A stretch of 64,000 bases of DNA. It comes from Phormidesmis sp. Its GTDB lineage: Bacteria; Cyanobacteriota; Cyanobacteriia; Leptolyngbyales; Leptolyngbyaceae. The notes under the pieces are model-generated. The model did no database searches, was not told the origin of the DNA, and was given only the letters and a program-made list of their open reading frames with translations. Positions 59,178 through 64,000 of the stretch are shown here, piece after piece; positions within the stretch are counted from its first letter, which is position 1; every line of letters begins with the position of its first letter. The stretch is from positions 1,312,001 to 1,376,000 of the forward strand of contig CBDFJR010000002.1 of NCBI GenBank assembly GCA_965248535.1. The letters run 5' to 3'. The translations under genes and the position numbers were made by a program.

Positions 59178-59681
59178 ATGTCATTTTTAAACTGGCATAG
59201 AGGCGCTGTTGCCTTAATGCTGTCTGTCGTTTTGCTGCTCACAGGCTGTCAGCCCAAAGCCCCCTCACAGTTTGCTCAAGCCCAGCAAGACAGCAGCCAA
59301 AAAGGAGTCACCGCCGTTGCCAAAGATGCGACCCAAGGCAGCGAGTTTAACAAATTTTTCCCGCGGGCTGCCGATGGCTACGCCAGAGCCTTTAGCCAAG
59401 AAAAGAAAGGATTTGCTGAGGCAAAACTCAATAAAGACGGCAAAAACATCGCTATGCTGTCGATTAACGACACAACAGGCATCCCAGGATCTGCTCAAAA
59501 ATATGCGGCGGCAACCGAAAAAATTGCGGGGTATCCTGCCACCAATCTTGGCAATCAAACGGCTGTTTTAGTGGGCAAATATCAGGTCAAAGTTCAGTCT
59601 CGCGATCCGTCGTTTGAAAAGACCGATCGCCAAGCCTGGCTGCAAAAGTTTGACCTCAAAGGGCTAGAAAAACTCAACTAG
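59178..59681 (+). CDS. Hypothetical lipoprotein
   Basis: Lipobox LTGC; QEKKGFAEAKL; WLQKFDL.GL. Confidence 0.8.
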   Translation: MSFLNWHRGAVALMLSVVLLLTGCQPKAPSQFAQAQQDSSQKGVTAVAKDATQGSEFNKFFPRAADGYARAFSQEKKGFAEAKLNKDGKNIAMLSINDTTGIPGSAQKYAAATEKIAGYPATNLGNQTAVLVGKYQVKVQSRDPSFEKTDRQAWLQKFDLKGLEKLN

Positions 59682-59715
59682 CCACAGCACCCACCCTCAC
59701 TATCAGGAATTTTTC

Positions 59716-60603
59716 ATGAGCAAATCCATTTTTGAACTCGTCGATGAGCTTCCTACCGGAGGGACGACCGTCACCGCCCTCAATGCCCTAGATTTTGTGA
59801 TTCCGGGGCAGTGGCAAAACTTGACAGGCTTCACCAACACGATTAGAGCCGTCACGGGCGAATCTGATGAGGCCATGATTCAAGCGATCGGAGACCGAGC
59901 CGTCTATCTTTACAATGACGAATCCCAGGGCTATCAGCGCGCCCTGTGGCTCTATCAAACCGTCGATAGTGCCGCAGGGGCCTTGGGTGCAGCCGCGATG
60001 GCCAACAAAATTGGTCAAGACATTTCATTTTTAGGGTTTTTAGGCAATCTCACCCCCAAGCCCGAAAAAGTTCAGAGTCTCGATCTGTGCATCAAACTAG
60101 TCGTCGAACTGGTGGCATTCTGCCAGATCAACGGCATCCCCGGTGACAGCATTGGCGACTTTTTAGGTGCATTGGGCGACTACAGCGGCGAGTCATTGAT
60201 GCGAATGGCGGCATTAGTCTGCTTTGACGGCATCATTCCTCTAGGAGCCGACTTTATCAATATGGGGCTATCCACCATTCAACAGACCACCCCCGATGAT
60301 TTGCAGCACAACCAGAGCTTTAAGAGCGTCAGCAGCCTGATTCCGGGCGGCAACCCGGCTGGGCAACTGGGGTTTATCACTCAGAGCTTTGATTCAGTTA
60401 AAGGCTGGATGGGCGATTTTGTCAGTTCTCGTAATTTGACTCAAGACGGTCTGTTGAGCCATGTCAAACAATATGTTGACATTTCGGCTGACAAACTTGA
60501 TTATGTCGGCGCGTTCCTCGATGTAGCCGTCAAATACTACACTCATACTGGAACGCAAACGCTGGCTCGTCGTTTAGTCGAGCGGGCAGTCGCAGAAATT
60601 TGA
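59716..60603 (+). CDS. Conserved cyanobacterial hypothetical protein
   Basis: Long clean ORF co-oriented 34 bp after the lipoprotein gene. Confidence 0.8.
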   Translation: MSKSIFELVDELPTGGTTVTALNALDFVIPGQWQNLTGFTNTIRAVTGESDEAMIQAIGDRAVYLYNDESQGYQRALWLYQTVDSAAGALGAAAMANKIGQDISFLGFLGNLTPKPEKVQSLDLCIKLVVELVAFCQINGIPGDSIGDFLGALGDYSGESLMRMAALVCFDGIIPLGADFINMGLSTIQQTTPDDLQHNQSFKSVSSLIPGGNPAGQLGFITQSFDSVKGWMGDFVSSRNLTQDGLLSHVKQYVDISADKLDYVGAFLDVAVKYYTHTGTQTLARRLVERAVAEI

Positions 60604-60622
60604 TTCTAGCCTACACTCAATG

Positions 60623-60689
60623 GCAAAAAAGACCGTCTGTAACGGGTAGCACCTGGTTGAGTGCCTACCCACAGACCGTCTTTTTTTGC
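60623..60689. terminator. Long hairpin, possible bidirectional terminator
   Basis: GCAAAAAAGAC-CGTCTGT...ACAGAC-CGTCTTTTTTTGC with an inner GGGTAG/CTACCC stem. Confidence 0.7.
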
Positions 60690-60900
60690 AATCAGTGCCT
60701 TTGAACCCACTTAGTTAGAGTGCTTACTGATAAGCTGGATTCAGACAATTGACGAATGGACGCATGTTCTTATATTTCAGCTTCAGATCGACGAGTTAGC
60801 GAAATCCTACGCAAGCCAGATATAGGGTTAGATTTAGTTGCGACGCACTCGGCGCAGCTTTATAGAATCGCCGTCTAGAAAAAGGTGAGAGGAGTTTACT

Positions 60901-62178
60901 GTGCAAGTTGTTAAGGAGTACGTGCGGCGCTGGTACGAAAGCGGCTTAGATCCCGATGAGTACATCTGCCACAAACGCCAGGGAAATTTTGTCGAGATCG
61001 AGGAGGCTGAAACGGGGAAACGACGCACCGTTCTCACCTTTTGCACCAACGATGTTTTGGGGCTGACTCAAGAAGAATCCGTTAAACAAGCGGCCGTTGA
61101 TGCCATCTGGCAATATGGAACGTCTAACAGTTCTACCTCGGTTCTGAGCGGTCGCATTGATCTACATCGCCAGCTAGAAAATGAGATTTCGGCGTTTAAG
61201 CATCTGCCTCACACTCAGCTTTTTTTAAATGCGTGGATGGCAGTGCAGGCGTTGATGGATGCGTTTTGCCATTTGGCGATTCCCGTTTCGGGGTTTCAAA
61301 ACGATCGTGAGACGCTAATTTTGACCGATGTTCTCAATCATGGCTGCATTGTCACGGCGGTTGCCAATGCCGGAACTCGCTCTGGCAAGATGTTTGGGCA
61401 CAGTCCGAGGGTGCGGGTGCGGGCTTATCGCCATTGTGATGTTGAAGATTTAGCGCGCAAGCTGAAGCGCTATGCTCAACCTAACGATCGTATCCTGGTT
61501 ATTTCTGATGCGGTGTTCTCAATGGATGGGGACATTGCGCCGCTGCCGGAGATGATTGAGGTGCTGGCTAACTATCCTGATTCGGTCTTGGTGATGGATG
61601 AGGCCCACGCCAGTGGCGCGATCGGGGCAACAGGTCGCGGCATTTATGAACATTTTGGACTCACGCCACAAGACGCGATCGATCGCGGCATTACGCCCTT
61701 GATCATGACAACATTCTCTAAGTTTGCGGCATCGGCAGGCGCGGCCATCAGCACCCATGTGCCTGAACTCAAGCCTTTGTTGAATGTGTCACCGACCTCA
61801 ATCGGGACGATCTCGTTGCCTGCTCCGACAACGGCGGCGGCCTTGGAGAGCATTCGCATCGTCCGTCAAGAACCCGATCGAGTCAAGCTTCTGCAAGAAA
61901 ACACGCGATATCTGCGATCGCGGCTTGAGGCTCACGATTTTGCAGCGATCGGAGAAACCAATGTTGTGCCAGTTTTGCTACCACCCGAAATCAATCCTAA
62001 AGTCTATGCAAGAGAATTGCTAGATTATGGAACGTGGGTGTCTCCGATTTGGTTTATCGCCAAACCTCGGATTCGCATTACCGTCAACACGCTGCACACC
62101 AAAGAAGAAATGGATCGGTTGGTGACAGGCATGGTGAAGATGCGCGATTTGGTTTATAAGCCCACGATTAGCGCCTAA
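60901..62178 (+). CDS. PLP-dependent alpha-oxoamine synthase (BioF/KBL/SPT family)
   Basis: FCTNDVLGL, LNHGCI, VFSMDGD, DEAHASG, TFSK (PLP lysine), RIRIT. Confidence 0.88.
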   Translation: MQVVKEYVRRWYESGLDPDEYICHKRQGNFVEIEEAETGKRRTVLTFCTNDVLGLTQEESVKQAAVDAIWQYGTSNSSTSVLSGRIDLHRQLENEISAFKHLPHTQLFLNAWMAVQALMDAFCHLAIPVSGFQNDRETLILTDVLNHGCIVTAVANAGTRSGKMFGHSPRVRVRAYRHCDVEDLARKLKRYAQPNDRILVISDAVFSMDGDIAPLPEMIEVLANYPDSVLVMDEAHASGAIGATGRGIYEHFGLTPQDAIDRGITPLIMTTFSKFAASAGAAISTHVPELKPLLNVSPTSIGTISLPAPTTAAALESIRIVRQEPDRVKLLQENTRYLRSRLEAHDFAAIGETNVVPVLLPPEINPKVYARELLDYGTWVSPIWFIAKPRIRITVNTLHTKEEMDRLVTGMVKMRDLVYKPTISA

Positions 62179-62206
62179 CCTCAATTTAATCGCTTTAGTT
62201 AGCTGA

Positions 62207-62244
62207 GAGCGATCGTTCTTTTTAAGGGAGCGATCGTTCTTTTT
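62207..62244 (+). terminator. HIP1-like hairpin terminator
   Basis: GAGCGATCGTTCTT-TTTA-AGGGAGCGATCGTTC followed by a T-run. Confidence 0.65.
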
Positions 62245-62721
62245 ATGGGCTGGTTATTAGAGGGGTTACTTCACCTTACAGAGATATATTACCTAGATAA
62301 GTCGGCATCCTGGCAGAGGTCGATAGACTCCCAAACGTCAGTTGCAGGCTAGCAAATTAGTAAGGGTTAAGTTCACAGTTTCTGAGCAAAATTCACCAGA
62401 ACTTTACGAATATCTCAGCGCAATCACATACTATTAGTTCAACTTAGACCTAGCCAGTTTAATTTAATTAAAGCCTTTTCAAAAAAGCTTCTAACATTAC
62501 CAACATTTAAAAGGAAGAGTGTCCACGATCGTGGGTCGTCAATCCTTTATAGGAGCACAGAACAGGTGCAGCGATGATTCTTGTAGGGGGACGATCTGCC
62601 TCGCCCTATAGGAATTGGACTGCTGGTTTTAACCTGCACCGTGAACGGGTATCACCTTACTACACAGTTCACGAAAAGGCGAAGGAGTGTTTTTCTACCC
62701 TTTTTTAACAGGAGTTTTTCG

Positions 62722-63609
62722 ATGGATGCTGTTGAGCAATCAAAGCTACAGCCATTTCTGACTTTAAATCATCAAGTTAATCTTAAAAGCGATATTCCAG
62801 AAGCCCCAATTGTCAGCACACCTGAAATCCAAGCAAATAGCTTTTATTTCAGCAACTCAACTTGGGCGAAGACATATTTTGATGCTTGTCATCGCGATGC
62901 TGCCTTTAAAGAGCGGTGGGTTGCCGCGGTGGGTAGTTGGGACGATAAGATCGTGGTGGATGTAGGTTGTGGCCCAGGCAACCTCTATGCAAACCTAGGC
63001 GGGAAACCAGCGGTGCTCATTGGAGTAGATGTAGCACGTGGGTCTCTGGAAATGGCCCAGCAGATTGGGTATACGCCATTGTTGGCAGATGCCCACGACA
63101 TGCCACTGATTACAGAGTTTGCTGATATTGTGGCCGTCAATGCGTCATTGCACCATTGCATCGACATGTCTCAGGTATTGGCAGAGTCAGCCCGGTTGGT
63201 GCGCCCCGGTGGAGTCTTGATTGTTGACCACGATCCACAACTGACAGCTTGGAACTATAAAGGATTGGGACTATTGCTCTACAAAGTCCGTCTGGGAGTG
63301 ATCTATCGGTTTTTCCTTCGTAACTTAGCGGTTCCTAATGAAGAACGAACCCGTGCACTTGCAACCGAGGTGCATCATCAGCCCGGTCACGGTGTGACGA
63401 AGAATTTGTTTCATGAAATCCTAGAACCGATGGGCTTTGAGGTGAAGGTCTACCCTCATAACAATACGATCGGGGCTGACGCTCTAAAAGGGATTTGCGG
63501 CAACCCACCCCATTGGCGATATCGTCTCGGACAATTGCTTTCTGGCATTAATCCCTATTCTTCGGAGGCAGCATTGTCTCTAATGTGCGTGGCGGTTCGC
63601 AAGCCTTGA
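62722..63609 (+). CDS. Class I SAM-dependent methyltransferase
   Basis: VVDVGCGPG, GVDVA, ADAHDMP, SLHH, LVRPGG; AGGAG ribosome binding site before ATG 62722. Confidence 0.9.
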   Translation: MDAVEQSKLQPFLTLNHQVNLKSDIPEAPIVSTPEIQANSFYFSNSTWAKTYFDACHRDAAFKERWVAAVGSWDDKIVVDVGCGPGNLYANLGGKPAVLIGVDVARGSLEMAQQIGYTPLLADAHDMPLITEFADIVAVNASLHHCIDMSQVLAESARLVRPGGVLIVDHDPQLTAWNYKGLGLLLYKVRLGVIYRFFLRNLAVPNEERTRALATEVHHQPGHGVTKNLFHEILEPMGFEVKVYPHNNTIGADALKGICGNPPHWRYRLGQLLSGINPYSSEAALSLMCVAVRKP

Positions 63610-63830
63610 TCAAAAGATTGCTCATGACACCTTCATAAGAGATCAGAGTTTCAGGAATTTTCTGCACCACGACCGGGGCTGATCTGAGCGATCGCCTCAA
63701 ACTAATCGGTTGGCTGTCTTCGTATCTGAACAATTTGTTTCAAAACTAGCTTAATCAAGCCCTCACCTGGAGAAATGCTGATATATTTCTCCATAACGCT
63801 TAGTTTGCACCTGTGGGAGGCAATCCGCCC

Positions 63831-64000
63831 ATGAATCCCTCTCTTGATAAAAGTTTTGGAGGAGCCAGATCAGCAGCTTTTCAGATCATCTCGGTCACTA
63901 GCGCAACAGAGCAAGCGATGTTTTTAGAGGTGCCCGCGATCGTATATGCCCACGATCGCTATTGGGTGTCTCCACTTCGCAGTGACGTTGCCAAAAAGTT
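63831..64000 (+). CDS. YghO / bacterial ceramide-synthase-like GNAT protein, 5' part (runs off window)
   Basis: Not in the ORF track; GGGAGG ribosome binding site; manual translation MNPSLDKSFGGARSAAFQIISVTSATEQAMFLEVPAIVYAHDRYWVSPLRSDVAKK. Confidence 0.65.
   Translation, partial: MNPSLDKSFGGARSAAFQIISVTSATEQAMFLEVPAIVYAHDRYWVSPLRSDVAKK

Noticed and set aside
1..64000. Extreme abundance of GCGATCGC
   Set aside because: This is the known cyanobacterial HIP1 repeat; it was used only as a taxonomic and compositional marker.

Overview
Cyanobacterial chromosomal segment: the HIP1 octamer GCGATCGC is very frequent, and the gene content resembles a filamentous Leptolyngbya/Phormidesmis-like organism (inferred). 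Most of the window is core genome. It carries the aa3 oxidase genes ctaD (partial) and ctaC with divergent ctaA-ctaB-ABC genes, eda, mobA-spp-ruvA, polA, cax, tsaB, csaB, the rplS-tRNA-Trp-secE-nusG-rplKAJL cluster, an M16 peptidase, map and guaA. Accessory genes include an MNT-HEPN toxin-antitoxin pair, two STAND NTPases, an Rpn nuclease, an HNH nuclease and several TPR proteins, plus many small palindromic or MITE-like repeats. Five things stand out. (1) A 367-bp ORF-less IS200/IS605-family element, whose ends fit the guide/cleavage-site rules, is inserted inside a probable 6S RNA (ssaA) gene and keeps an omegaRNA-like right end. (2) An alpha-oxoamine synthase (SPT-like), a methyltransferase and a YghO/ceramide-synthase-like GNAT lie together at the right edge, a possible sphingolipid or amino-lipid pathway. 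(3) A signal peptide-HEAT-TM-NACHT receptor-like protein splits the DUF2499/DUF3593 gene pair. (4) A Cys1-less AsnB-like amide ligase is translationally coupled to a DUF3859-like membrane protein. (5) An in-phase degenerate 21-bp array lies upstream of polA. All calls are by eye; no database searches were run.
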